Positions 17,423 through 26,726 of a stretch of 64,000 bases of DNA are shown here, one piece after another. The position numbers and the translations under genes were made by a program. Source of the DNA: Planctomycetota bacterium (GTDB lineage: Bacteria > Planctomycetota > B15-G4); assembly GCA_029259695.1 (NCBI GenBank), contig JAJDEQ010000056.1:30746-94745 (forward strand). The letters are read 5' to 3'. Position 1 is the first letter of the stretch; every line of letters begins with the position of its first letter. Below the pieces are notes generated by a model. That model was given only the letters and a program-made list of their open reading frames with translations, did not search any database and was not told the DNA's origin.

Positions 17423-18544
17423 ATGAGCGCTGCCATGGACAACACGATTTCTTCCGGTCCCGGCCCGTCCTCGGGCGGAGCCGCCACGATCGGCCGCGAC
17501 GCGCCCGAGACCTACGGCAACCCCGACAACTGGGGCCGCACGGAGGTCGCCACGCGACTCGGCCGCGGGATCGACTTCGGGTCGACCCACGTGCTCGCGG
17601 TCGAGCGCAACGAGGACGGTCACTGCGTGTGCCGTACCGACCGCAACGCCTTCCTCAAGCTGCCGCCGGATGTCTCCATGAAGCCGGCCATGCTGACTCA
17701 GCTCGACGTCCCCTATGCCGAGTGGAAGGATCGCCTGTGGGTCCTGGGCGACGCGTCCTACAACCTGGCCAACCTGTACGTCGGCAACACGGTGCAGCGG
17801 CCGACGGCCAACGGCTTCCTCGACCCGCACGATCGCGACGGTCACACGATGACGCGTTGCCTGATCGAACGGCTCGTGCCCGCTCCCCGCGCGCACGGCG
17901 AGCCCGTGTGCTTCTCGATGCCGTCGACGCCCATCGACCAACGCGTCGATCGCGCTGCGCACCGCGCCATCCTGGCCGACATCTTCTACCGGCTCGGCTA
18001 CAGCGCCTACTCGCTCGACGAGGGCCACGCCGTGGTCTACAGCGAGTTCATGGGGCAGGGCTTCACGGGCATCGGCATCAGCTGCGGTGGCGGCGTGTCC
18101 GACGTGTGCGTCTCCTGGCAGGCACGCCCGGTGACGTCCCATTCGGTGGCTCGCGGCGGCGACTGGATCGACGGTCGCATCGCCGAAGTCCTGGGGATCG
18201 ATCGCGAGCGCGCGCGCGCGCTCAAGCAGGGTGACGTCGACCTGCGCGCCCCCCGCAACCGCGAGGAAGTGGCCATCGCGCTCTGCTACCGCATGTACGT
18301 CGGCTACCTGCTGTCGACCCTGCGCAAGAGCTTCGACGGCGCCGAGAACCTGCCGCGCTTCGACGCGCCGCTGGAGATCGCCGTGGCCGGCGGGGCCAGT
18401 CTGGCCCGGGGCTTCGTGGACCTGATGACCGAGGAGCTGCGCAAGTTCGAGTTCCCGGTGCCCATCGGCAACGTGCGCCTGGCGAGTGATCCGCTCTCGG
18501 CCGTCGCGCGCGGCTGCTTGATGGCGGCTTCGCTGGCCGACTGA
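17423..18544 (+). CDS. Divergent actin-like ATPase (ASKHA fold; ParM/MreB/MamK-like), 373 aa
   Basis: Phosphate-1 'GIDFGSTHV', phosphate-2 'GIGISCGGGVSDV', adenosine motif 'IAVAGGASLARGF', C-terminal 'DPLSAVARGCLMAA'. ATG 17423 has GGAG 9 nt upstream. An in-frame GTG at 17393 overlaps the upstream stop (GTGA). Confidence 0.8.
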   Translation: MSAAMDNTISSGPGPSSGGAATIGRDAPETYGNPDNWGRTEVATRLGRGIDFGSTHVLAVERNEDGHCVCRTDRNAFLKLPPDVSMKPAMLTQLDVPYAEWKDRLWVLGDASYNLANLYVGNTVQRPTANGFLDPHDRDGHTMTRCLIERLVPAPRAHGEPVCFSMPSTPIDQRVDRAAHRAILADIFYRLGYSAYSLDEGHAVVYSEFMGQGFTGIGISCGGGVSDVCVSWQARPVTSHSVARGGDWIDGRIAEVLGIDRERARALKQGDVDLRAPRNREEVAIALCYRMYVGYLLSTLRKSFDGAENLPRFDAPLEIAVAGGASLARGFVDLMTEELRKFEFPVPIGNVRLASDPLSAVARGCLMAASLAD

Positions 18545-18587
18545 GTTCGCGCCGCCGGGCGCACACGGCGCCCGCGATGACGTCGCT

Positions 18588-18607
18588 GTCCGTCGGTCAC
18601 GACGGAC
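18588..18607 (+). other. Perfect 8-bp GC-rich hairpin (gtccgtcg-gtca-cgacggac) between the actin-like gene and the next gene
   Basis: Read directly: 18588-18595 pairs with 18600-18607 around a 4-nt loop. A second 7-bp stem (cgggcgc/gcgcccg) lies at 18556-18574. No T-tract follows, so function is unknown (terminator, attenuator or processing site). Confidence 0.35.
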
Positions 18608-18632
18608 CCGCGTCACAGTCCGTAGACTGTGC

Positions 18633-21248
18633 ATGCGTCGTGGCCATTCGGTCCGCGGAGGGTGCGGCGCGCGGGAGTCGCCGAGGTTGGGCCACGGGAC
18701 GACGCGAAGCCGGGCTTGGGCAGTGGTCGCGTGGGCTGTCGTGGTCGCCTCTCTGGGTGTCTGGTGGTGGCTCGCTCGCGCGCCCGACGCGTCGGTGCGG
18801 TCGCCGTCGGCGCGAGGCGTGCTCGACGGTCGGAAGCGGAGCGCCCCGCAGGTCACGCCGGACGCTGTCGGGTCGCGTCTCGAGGAGCTGTTCAGCGCGC
18901 CGCCGCAGGTCGAGCCGCTGCCGGGTCCCGTTGCGGGGCGGGTCACGACGCGCTTCGTGCAGCGCGATGTGGCCGCTCCGCTGCAGGCCTTCGAACGCAG
19001 CGTGTCCCTCGCCCCCGACGGACGCAGCGTGGTCGCGCAGGTGGTCGACGAGAACGGTCTGCCCGTGCCCGGCGCACGGGTCGTGCTGTACCGCGACATC
19101 TGGGGCCACCACGGGGGGCACGACATCGCGCTGCTCGGCCGGTCGCGCACCGACGGCACGGGCTGGTTCCGGATCCTGGCGACCCGCGGCCGGGTCGACT
19201 TCGACCTGAGCGCGGCCTGGCGGCTCTCGGTGCGCGCGCCCGGGCACGCCCCGTTCCTCGGCCGCGTCGTCGTCGTGGGCGCCGCCGACCGCATCGTGCT
19301 CGACTCGCAGACGGTGTACGGCAAGCTGCGCTTCGACGACGGCACGCCCGTCTCCGGCGCGGCGTTGCGCTTCGCCCACCGTGATTTCGAGGCCACGGGC
19401 CCAGCCGGGGAGCCCGATCGCGCGCTGGTGGAGTCGCAATGGGAACTCGGCATGAGCGCAGAGGATGGGAGCTTCGCGCTGCAGGTGCCGGCGGGCATGG
19501 ATCCGTTGCCCCTGGCGATCGAGCACGAACTCCACGAGAGCACCCGGCTGATCCCGGCCGCCGCCTGGACCGAACACGGCAGCGTGATGCTCGTGCTGCA
19601 GCGAACCGGCAGCTTGACGCTGAGCCTCCGTGACGGGTTCGACGCCTGGCGCGCGCGGGGAGCCGTGCCCTACGTCGTGCTGGACCCGTTGGACGAGCAG
19701 GCCGACGGCAGCTTCGCGCCGCGCCCGGACCCGGACCTGGGCGAACTCTCGTGGCTCGGCGCGGGTGGTGGCAGCGGCTGGTTCCGCGCGGGAGTTCGTG
19801 CTCCGGACGGCGTGGCGCACTTCCCGCGGCTCGACGAGCAGCGAGTGCGCGTGCGCCTCGTGTGTCCCTGGGGCGGAGACGACATCATCTTGTTCGACGA
19901 GGTGCGGATCGAGCCGAAGGGGACGTCGCTGTCCGCCGCGCTCCCGCCGCCGCCGGTCTTCGAGATCGGTGACGAGTGGTCCCTACCCGTGCGGGTGGTG
20001 AACGGCTCGGGTGCCGCGCTCGACAGCGAGGCCTGGAGCAAGCTGTGGCGCACGGCGCTGGTGGTGACCGACGCCGAGGGTGAGCGCGACGAGTATCAAC
20101 TGCCGGGCGATGGAAGCGGGCGCACGCTCGAGTTGGACCTCCTGCCCCCGGTGAGCGTCGCGCTGGAGGGCTTCGCGAGCCTGGCGCGCGTCGACGACCT
20201 GAGCCCGGGCGACACGGCCGTCCTGATCTGGGACGACGAACGCCGCCAGCACGGGGGGGCGCAGGTCCGGCTCGACCTGGACGAGTTCGAGTGGCCGGGC
20301 CACGAACGTGTCCTGTTCTCCCTGCGCCGTGGTGCCCGGGGGGCCTGGACCCGTGTGCCCCCGGTGGTGGAGGGGCTGCCGCCCGGATCGTGGGAGTACC
20401 GCTTCTTGGGTCCGGGGCTGCGCCCGGAGCGTGGGACCTTCGAACTCGAGCCGGGCGACCGGCACGTGATCCCGGTGGAACTCGCGCCGTCGGGGATCGA
20501 TGGCGCGGGCGAGCATGACCCCGAGTTGCAGACGGGACGCGTACGCCTGGTGGGCAGCCCCGATCCCTGGGTCGACGTGCGGACGGTGCGCTTCGTGCCG
20601 GTCTCGGGCGGCGAGGCGCTCGAGGCCGCTCCCCGCAAGGGTGCATTCCGGGCGCGTCTGCCGCCTGGTCGCTACCGCGTCGAGGTGGTGCTGGAGCGAA
20701 CCGTGGCGCCCGAGGTCGCGCACGCCGACAACCACCTCATTGCGCGGGACGAAGGCTGGGCGTTGCCCGTCGACATCGAGCCGTGGGACACCGGGCGCGT
20801 GCTCGACGTCCCCGCGGACACCGACGGGCCGATCGCGTTGGACGTGGACGTGTCGGGGTTGAGTCGCGTCTGGGTCGCTGTACGCATCGGCGAGCATGAG
20901 GCCGCGCTCGACCCTTCGGGCGGGGCCGTGGCGGGACTGCCCCAGGACCTCGCCGAGGAGCCGCTGCGGGTGCGTTTCGCCCATCGCGGACAGGGAGCGA
21001 GCGCTGGCTCCGGCGACGTCGAGCTCTCGGTGTGGCTCCACGATTGGGACACCAAGGCGGCCTCGTTCGTGCTGGCGCCGCGCGCGTGGGTCTGCAGCGT
21101 GAGCCTGGGTGACGATTCGGCCCCGACCCTGGCTCACGTGATCCAACTGCCCGTCGACGGGAACTCCGACGGCAACGTTCAAGGGGATGGCGGCGCCGGA
21201 GACCTCGAACTGACCTTCCACTTCGAGCGGCCCGCCGGGGATCGCTGA
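18633..21248 (+). CDS. N-terminally membrane-anchored 871-aa protein with carboxypeptidase-regulatory-like beta-sandwich domains
   Basis: R-rich N-terminus, then TM helix 'AWAVVAWAVVVASLGVWWWLA'. CarboxypepD_reg-like segments 'VVDENGLPVPGARVVLY...RTDGTGWFRI' and 'GKLRFDDGTPVSGAALRF'. Lies 88 nt downstream of the actin-like gene on the same strand. Confidence 0.6.
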   Translation: MRRGHSVRGGCGARESPRLGHGTTRSRAWAVVAWAVVVASLGVWWWLARAPDASVRSPSARGVLDGRKRSAPQVTPDAVGSRLEELFSAPPQVEPLPGPVAGRVTTRFVQRDVAAPLQAFERSVSLAPDGRSVVAQVVDENGLPVPGARVVLYRDIWGHHGGHDIALLGRSRTDGTGWFRILATRGRVDFDLSAAWRLSVRAPGHAPFLGRVVVVGAADRIVLDSQTVYGKLRFDDGTPVSGAALRFAHRDFEATGPAGEPDRALVESQWELGMSAEDGSFALQVPAGMDPLPLAIEHELHESTRLIPAAAWTEHGSVMLVLQRTGSLTLSLRDGFDAWRARGAVPYVVLDPLDEQADGSFAPRPDPDLGELSWLGAGGGSGWFRAGVRAPDGVAHFPRLDEQRVRVRLVCPWGGDDIILFDEVRIEPKGTSLSAALPPPPVFEIGDEWSLPVRVVNGSGAALDSEAWSKLWRTALVVTDAEGERDEYQLPGDGSGRTLELDLLPPVSVALEGFASLARVDDLSPGDTAVLIWDDERRQHGGAQVRLDLDEFEWPGHERVLFSLRRGARGAWTRVPPVVEGLPPGSWEYRFLGPGLRPERGTFELEPGDRHVIPVELAPSGIDGAGEHDPELQTGRVRLVGSPDPWVDVRTVRFVPVSGGEALEAAPRKGAFRARLPPGRYRVEVVLERTVAPEVAHADNHLIARDEGWALPVDIEPWDTGRVLDVPADTDGPIALDVDVSGLSRVWVAVRIGEHEAALDPSGGAVAGLPQDLAEEPLRVRFAHRGQGASAGSGDVELSVWLHDWDTKAASFVLAPRAWVCSVSLGDDSAPTLAHVIQLPVDGNSDGNVQGDGGAGDLELTFHFERPAGDR

Positions 21249-21795
21249 GCTGCGCGGCGCCGTGCAGGTGATGACGTCACAAGCACGAGCCCGGGCTGCG
21301 GTCACTTCAAGTCACCCCGCGCGCAGGTCGAGAGATCCAATCCACCCGACGTGCCCGCGCGAGAACTTGCTCGGACGGGCGCACCCCCTGGGATCGGAAC
21401 CAGATCGACAGAATTCGCTTAGTTCTTCAGCAAGAACGACTATTCCGAGGGCTGCCCCTGCAGCTCCCCACGCCTTGCATCCGGCGTGCCAGTCGGCGGC
21501 GAATTCCGGCCAGCCAGCGTCCCGCGTCCACTTCGTCGCGAGTCGCGTCACGCACGGCGGTTAGTGCGGGACGAGGCGGGCGTCTACTCGATCCGTGCGG
21601 CGCAGTGATCCATCAACACGGCTCCACACGGACGAGAAACCGGCACGACCCCAGGGGGGACGAGATGTGACGAGGGTGATGAACGGACAAGACGTTTCGA
21701 CCGGGGAAGACGGCGTGATCGTGCGCACTTCGAGAGCGCACGTGCGGGAGTCTCCCCGACCGGACGTCCGCACCATCCTTACCAGGAGTTCTCCC

Positions 21796-22812
21796 ATGAA
21801 GACAGGTGGCGTCCGAGCGCGGCGCGAGAAGGACGAGGAAGAGTTGCGCGTGCGGTACGAGCACGCGATCGACTCGGCCAATCAGTGGATGGACCGGCAG
21901 TACGCCACCAAGACCCGCTTGGCCGACTTCCTGGACGTGAACCGATCGTGCCTCACGCGTTTCCTGAACGGGACGCCCGGCTACCAGCCGGCGCGCACGC
22001 GCCCGAGCATCCTGCGCATCCTCGAGCGGATCGAGGCGCGTTGCTCGGTCTACGACCTGGTGGAGCACCACGACGTGGAGGCTCCGGCGGGAGAGACGTT
22101 CGACGATGCCTACACGTGGTTTCACAGCCACGCCCTGCGCTTGCGGCAGCTCTCCGAGCGCTTCGAGCCCGTGACCGCGCTGGGGCTGGTGGCCGAGTTG
22201 AGCGTCCAGGCGCTGCACGGCCCGCGGGGTTATCGCGCGGCCATGGCCAACAACGTGCTGCACCGTCTCTCCGGGTTGATCGAGCGCGATGAGGTGGCCT
22301 GCGCCACGCCCAAGCTGCTGCGCATGACGGTCGCTCGCGTGCGTTCGCTCGAAGACGTCGCCATGCGTGGTGCGTCGGAGATCGAACGGGAGGACCTGCG
22401 CGCTGCAGCGCCCAACCGGGCCAAGGGCTGGACCGGCCACGTGCTGGGCTTCTGCGCCGTGCACCTGGAGGACGAGCGCCTGCTGGCCGAGGGGCTGCAG
22501 CGGCTGCAGGAGGCGGTGTCGGCCGAACACACCCTCGAGGACGGTCACTGGGCCAACTTGCTCGGCCTGGTGGATGCGATGGCGCGTCGGGATCACGCCG
22601 GGGCCGAGGAGATCGCCGACGAGATCGCCGATCTCGGCCGGGCGGCTCACGACGAGAAGCTCCGCTACACGATCACCACGGCCTCGCTGCCGAGTCTCGT
22701 GCGGCTGTGGCGGACGCGCGCTCCCGACCTGGTCGCGCCGGTTCCCGAAGACGGCCACGCCCTCCGGCGCGAGCGTTCGTTCCACAACGAAGAGGACGCC
22801 GCCGGAGTCTGA
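21796..22812 (+). CDS. Hypothetical 338-aa protein with putative N-terminal HTH
   Basis: ATG 21796 with AGGAG 8 nt upstream. XRE-like HTH candidate 'TKTRLADFLDVNRSCLTRFLNG'. The remainder is helical with unrecognised function. Confidence 0.5.
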   Translation: MKTGGVRARREKDEEELRVRYEHAIDSANQWMDRQYATKTRLADFLDVNRSCLTRFLNGTPGYQPARTRPSILRILERIEARCSVYDLVEHHDVEAPAGETFDDAYTWFHSHALRLRQLSERFEPVTALGLVAELSVQALHGPRGYRAAMANNVLHRLSGLIERDEVACATPKLLRMTVARVRSLEDVAMRGASEIEREDLRAAAPNRAKGWTGHVLGFCAVHLEDERLLAEGLQRLQEAVSAEHTLEDGHWANLLGLVDAMARRDHAGAEEIADEIADLGRAAHDEKLRYTITTASLPSLVRLWRTRAPDLVAPVPEDGHALRRERSFHNEEDAAGV

Positions 22813-22921
22813 CTCCGACGACGTCCTCGTCGTCCGACCGGGCCATCCCGCCGAGGCGGGGCCCGGGTGGGGCGGGGCGGCCTGACCCGTCAGACGGGCA
22901 GGGCGTCCGGCCCCCGGTCGG

Positions 22922-25900
22922 TCACGGCGCCTGCTCGACGTTGAAGCCGATCAGCTCGAACGGCTGGCTGATCGAGTCGGTCGCGAGCACGCGGTCGATC
23001 AGGCGCTGGCTCAGGCCGTCACCGAAGTAGGTGTCGAAGTCCAGCGTGTAGCCCGTGAAGCGCTCGGGCTCGACGCAGAGCTCGTACTCGAGACCCTCGG
23101 CGAACATGGGCACCGCCGTGGCGGGCAGGCTGGTCGTCGTCGTGTCGGCCTCGACGTAGACGAACCACTGCACGAAGTCGAAGCCCAGGCCCGTGCCGTC
23201 CAGGTCCTCGACGACGAAGCACTCGATGCCGTTGCCACCCGGCGTGAAGCCCGAGTCGAAGGTCACCTCGAGCATCTCGGCCTCGGCCAGCGACACGAAC
23301 TCCTGGTCCGTCGGCGCCGTGATCGTGGGGATCGTCGGGATCAGGAAGTCGATTGCCGCCGGCGTCGAACCGAAGAACTCACCCAGCTCGTAGCCGGCGT
23401 CCTCCTCCTCACACAACAGCAGACCGATGCGCCTGCCGTTGAACGCCGTGTCGGTGGCGTCGGGCAGCATGAGCTGGGCCGGCAGCGGACTGTCGTTCTC
23501 GAAGAAGAAGAAGCCGATGAAGCCCAGCTCCTCGGAGGTCGTGCTGTCCATGATGCACAGGTCCATGTACCGCTCGCCCTGGTTGGCCTCGAGGTTGGTG
23601 TAGGTGAGGTCCACCGGCTGGTCGAACTCGAACGAGTCGTCGCCGTCGAAGTCCATGTTCACCACGAGCGTCTGGGCCGGGTTGGCCGGGCCCATGCCGG
23701 TGGTCAGGATGCCGGTGAAGTTGCTGATCGTCGTGACCCCGTCGGGGATCGTGCGGTGCAGCGTGGTCCCGTGCAGGGTGGCACCGGAGGGGATGGCCAT
23801 CGTGTAGAAGCCGCCCCCGTCGACCAGCGCGAACCCGTTGAACTCCGAACCGTTGATGTCGAAGCCGAACACGTTGAGCACGACCTCTTCGCCGATGCCG
23901 ACGATCGGCATGTTGGCGATCGTGCCCTCGAGCGTGGCGTCGAGGGTGGCACCGAGTTCCGACTCGAACTCGATCGGGATGCTGATCACGCCATCCTGCG
24001 GGCTCACGCCCACGATCGTGGCGGCCGAACGCACGGCTTCCGGACCGGGGATGACCGTGTCGAACTGGGCCGTCACGGTGTACGGACCGTCCACGCTGTT
24101 GAAGCTGGCCTCGCCCTGGGCGTTGGTCGTGGCGATCACACCGCCCGCCGACGCCGGATCGGTGCCGATCAGCAGCACCTGGGCGCCACTGGCGGGAACC
24201 AGCGGGGTCCAGGTGTAGTCGTCGTCGGTGAACACCTTGACGGTGATGTCCTCGCCACCTTCACCCACGCAACGCTGCAGGTTGATCGTGGTGATCCGAT
24301 TGGGCTCGATGGAGAAGCCCACGACGGTGGCCTCCTCGGCGCCGGCGAAGGTGAAGGCCGCGGTGTAGTTGCCGGGGCTGAAGCCGGTGGAGAAGAAGCT
24401 GCCGTTGGTGTCGGAGGTGATGCTGCTCTGGTCCGGGCCCTCGATCGTCACGGTACCCGGGGCGCCGGCACCGTTGTCGGTGACACGGCCGGCCAGGTCG
24501 CCGGTGGTGGGGATCACGATCATCGTCTCACCGACGTCGGTCGTGCCGCCGGCCACCACGCTGCCGGGGGCGACGGACACGCCCGCCCGCACCGCGCCGT
24601 AGGCCACGGGCGTGATGCAGTCGATGTCGATCGCGCTGGGCGGAGCGTTGCACGCGGGGAGCGTGAGCGCGTCGTAACCGGGCACCGACGGGATCGAGTA
24701 CATGCCGTTCTCGTCGGTCAGGGCCACGTTGCCGTAGCTCGTGGTGATCGACACGCCGGGGATCGGCGTGCCGTCGCCGTCGACGACGGTGCCGGTGAGC
24801 GTCGTGGCGCAGGTGGCATCCACGGTGACCGCGGGAGCGTGCCAGCCGCCCTCGGTGATCACGCCGTCGGCCTCGATCTGCGTCAGACCGCCGCCGAGAT
24901 CCACGACGATGCCCTGGTTGCCGGTCTCGTCCGAACGGTTGACCCAGTCACCGACGTCGTGGTCGAACGACCAGACGTCGACCATGGTGCCGATGGGGAA
25001 GTCGCGCAGGTTGGGCAGCACGATGTCGATGCCCGTGCCGCCACCGGCGTCGAAGGCCGAGTTGGTCGGGTTGATCGAGACGAACGACGAGGGGTCCAGC
25101 GTGCCCGGCAGGGGCATGGGGATCTCGTTGGCCGGCACCGGGGTCACGTTGATGTCCACCGCGCCCACGGCGGCGGCTCCATCGATGGTGATGGTCGTGC
25201 CGATGGGGGCCTCGAGCTGGATGTTCGGGTCGTTGCCCGTGGCCATCAGCTCCTCGGTGGTGGTGCCCGCGCCGTCGACGGCCACGTTGTCGAGGGCGGC
25301 GTCGGCGTTGTTGAGGTCGGGCAGCGTGATCGACTGGGGCATGATCGTCGCACCGGTGGCCGCGATGTCCGCTTCCACGTCGAGTGTCTTGTACACGCCT
25401 GCGCCGAGGGCGGCGGTGCCGTCGATGCGCACGTCCACGTCGCCGACCGGCGGGTCGAAGATGACGAAGTTGCCGTTGGCGTCGGTGGTGGCCGAGGGAC
25501 CGTTTTCACCGGCGGTGACCAGCACGCCGGCCAGTCCGGCGCCGGTGTCCGAGGCCAGGATCGAGCCGGACAGCGAACGGGCCGCCGACTCACCGGTGAC
25601 GATCTCGGGCTCGCGGAACAGGCCCTTCTTGAACTTCTCGCGCTTGAGCTTGGCCGTGATGCGGATGGCGCCGTCGGCGCCGTCGTTGTCGGTGGCCAGG
25701 GTGTAGGTGCCCAGCGTGTCGAGCGGCACCTGCTTGAGCACGTAGCCGGTCTTCTTCTGGGTCGAGAGGTCGGTCAGGTCCACCGGGTCGTCGGACGCGT
25801 TGGGGTCGTCCAGGGTGGGCTCGCTCACCGTCGCCTCGGACTTCTTGTCGGGCTTCACGCTGGCGTTGAGCAGCAGGCCCGGGCGGGCGTCGAAGGTCAC

Positions 25901-26362
25901 CTCGAGCGTGGCCGCCGCGGCGGTCTCCTCGCTCACCAGGATCTTGGTGACCTCCTTGCCGAGCTTCTCCTTGGTGCGCACCTTGTAGTCACCGATCGTG
26001 TCGCCGCTGCCGGAGATGCGGATCTCGTAGGGACCCGTGGTCGGCAGCAGCAGGCTCTTCACGGCGGACTTCTTCTTGCCCGAAGCCTCCGTGATCAGCG
26101 ACGTGTCGCCGAGGATGTCGAAGACCTCGATCTGCGGCAGGATCTCCTGCTTCTTGCCGGCGGCCACCGTCACGGTGAGCAAGGTTCCGGCGACGGCATC
26201 GAAGCGCAGGATGTCGACGTCGGGGAAGGCACCACTGTCGTCCACGGTGCCTTCGAAGCGATCACCGAGGCGGATGTCGGCGTCGACCACCTGGGCCGGC
26301 GCGTTGGAGACGAGGAGGGCAAGGCAGGTGAACAGACTGAGCACTGCGTGGGTGCTGCGCAT
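22922..26362 (-). CDS. Secreted 1146-aa protein with pre-peptidase-C-terminal-like and carboxypeptidase-regulatory-like domains
   Basis: ATG at 26362 gives signal peptide 'MRSTHAVLSLFTCLALLVSNAPAQ'. PPC-like 'DVDILRFDAVAGTLLTVTV...YEIRISG'. CarboxypepD_reg-like 'GVLVTAGENGPSATTDANGNFVIFDPPVGDVDVRIDG' and 'TGTVVDGDGTPIPGVSITT...TDENGMYSI'. The 111 codons upstream in the track ORF (to 26695) cover the 13-bp repeat region and look non-coding. Confidence 0.75.
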   Translation of the reverse strand: MRSTHAVLSLFTCLALLVSNAPAQVVDADIRLGDRFEGTVDDSGAFPDVDILRFDAVAGTLLTVTVAAGKKQEILPQIEVFDILGDTSLITEASGKKKSAVKSLLLPTTGPYEIRISGSGDTIGDYKVRTKEKLGKEVTKILVSEETAAAATLEVTFDARPGLLLNASVKPDKKSEATVSEPTLDDPNASDDPVDLTDLSTQKKTGYVLKQVPLDTLGTYTLATDNDGADGAIRITAKLKREKFKKGLFREPEIVTGESAARSLSGSILASDTGAGLAGVLVTAGENGPSATTDANGNFVIFDPPVGDVDVRIDGTAALGAGVYKTLDVEADIAATGATIMPQSITLPDLNNADAALDNVAVDGAGTTTEELMATGNDPNIQLEAPIGTTITIDGAAAVGAVDINVTPVPANEIPMPLPGTLDPSSFVSINPTNSAFDAGGGTGIDIVLPNLRDFPIGTMVDVWSFDHDVGDWVNRSDETGNQGIVVDLGGGLTQIEADGVITEGGWHAPAVTVDATCATTLTGTVVDGDGTPIPGVSITTSYGNVALTDENGMYSIPSVPGYDALTLPACNAPPSAIDIDCITPVAYGAVRAGVSVAPGSVVAGGTTDVGETMIVIPTTGDLAGRVTDNGAGAPGTVTIEGPDQSSITSDTNGSFFSTGFSPGNYTAAFTFAGAEEATVVGFSIEPNRITTINLQRCVGEGGEDITVKVFTDDDYTWTPLVPASGAQVLLIGTDPASAGGVIATTNAQGEASFNSVDGPYTVTAQFDTVIPGPEAVRSAATIVGVSPQDGVISIPIEFESELGATLDATLEGTIANMPIVGIGEEVVLNVFGFDINGSEFNGFALVDGGGFYTMAIPSGATLHGTTLHRTIPDGVTTISNFTGILTTGMGPANPAQTLVVNMDFDGDDSFEFDQPVDLTYTNLEANQGERYMDLCIMDSTTSEELGFIGFFFFENDSPLPAQLMLPDATDTAFNGRRIGLLLCEEEDAGYELGEFFGSTPAAIDFLIPTIPTITAPTDQEFVSLAEAEMLEVTFDSGFTPGGNGIECFVVEDLDGTGLGFDFVQWFVYVEADTTTTSLPATAVPMFAEGLEYELCVEPERFTGYTLDFDTYFGDGLSQRLIDRVLATDSISQPFELIGFNVEQAP

Positions 26363-26642
26363 GGGAACGCTTCTCTCTTCCAGGGACGAAGGGGCCGTGT
26401 CCGCGCGTCGGAGGGGCAATCGGTGGGGACGTCGCGCGAGCCTCGCGATGCCAGAGGAGGCCGAGGCAGAATCTGTCTGCTTTCGCCCGCTCTCTGCCGC
26501 ATCGAAGCACGCCTTCATCGACAGCTGGCAGCGGGCGCTGTAGCTCGCCGCGCCGTCGATCGCGGGCAGGGAACGCGTCTTCGCATCCCACATCGAACGA
26601 TGTCGATATAGCGCGTCGGGTGTCGACGAGTGCACGTCGCTC

Positions 26643-26710
26643 GGGGGGTGTCGCGCGGGGGTGTCGCGCGGGGGTGTCGCACGGGGGTGTCGCACGGGGG
26701 GCGTCGCGCG
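26643..26710. repeat. Intergenic 13-bp tandem repeat, 5 copies, consensus GGGGGTGTCGC(G/A)C
   Basis: Read directly: copies at 26644-26656, 26657-26669, 26670-26682, 26683-26695 and 26696-26708 (last copy degenerate, GGGGGGCGTCGCG). Lies 17-84 nt downstream of the kinase stop (26727) and ~280-350 nt upstream of the secreted-protein start (26362), both on the - strand. Confidence 0.9.
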
Positions 26711-26726
26711 GCTCCCCGGACCCCGT

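Noticed and set aside
21272-21279. A TGACGTCA palindrome and nearby GTCAC direct repeats in the 550-bp non-coding region upstream of the HTH protein gene
   Set aside because: These are short motifs expected by chance, with no supporting spacing or conservation information. The small ORFs in this region (21262..21564, 21312..21551, 21561..21881) have poor composition and no start context.
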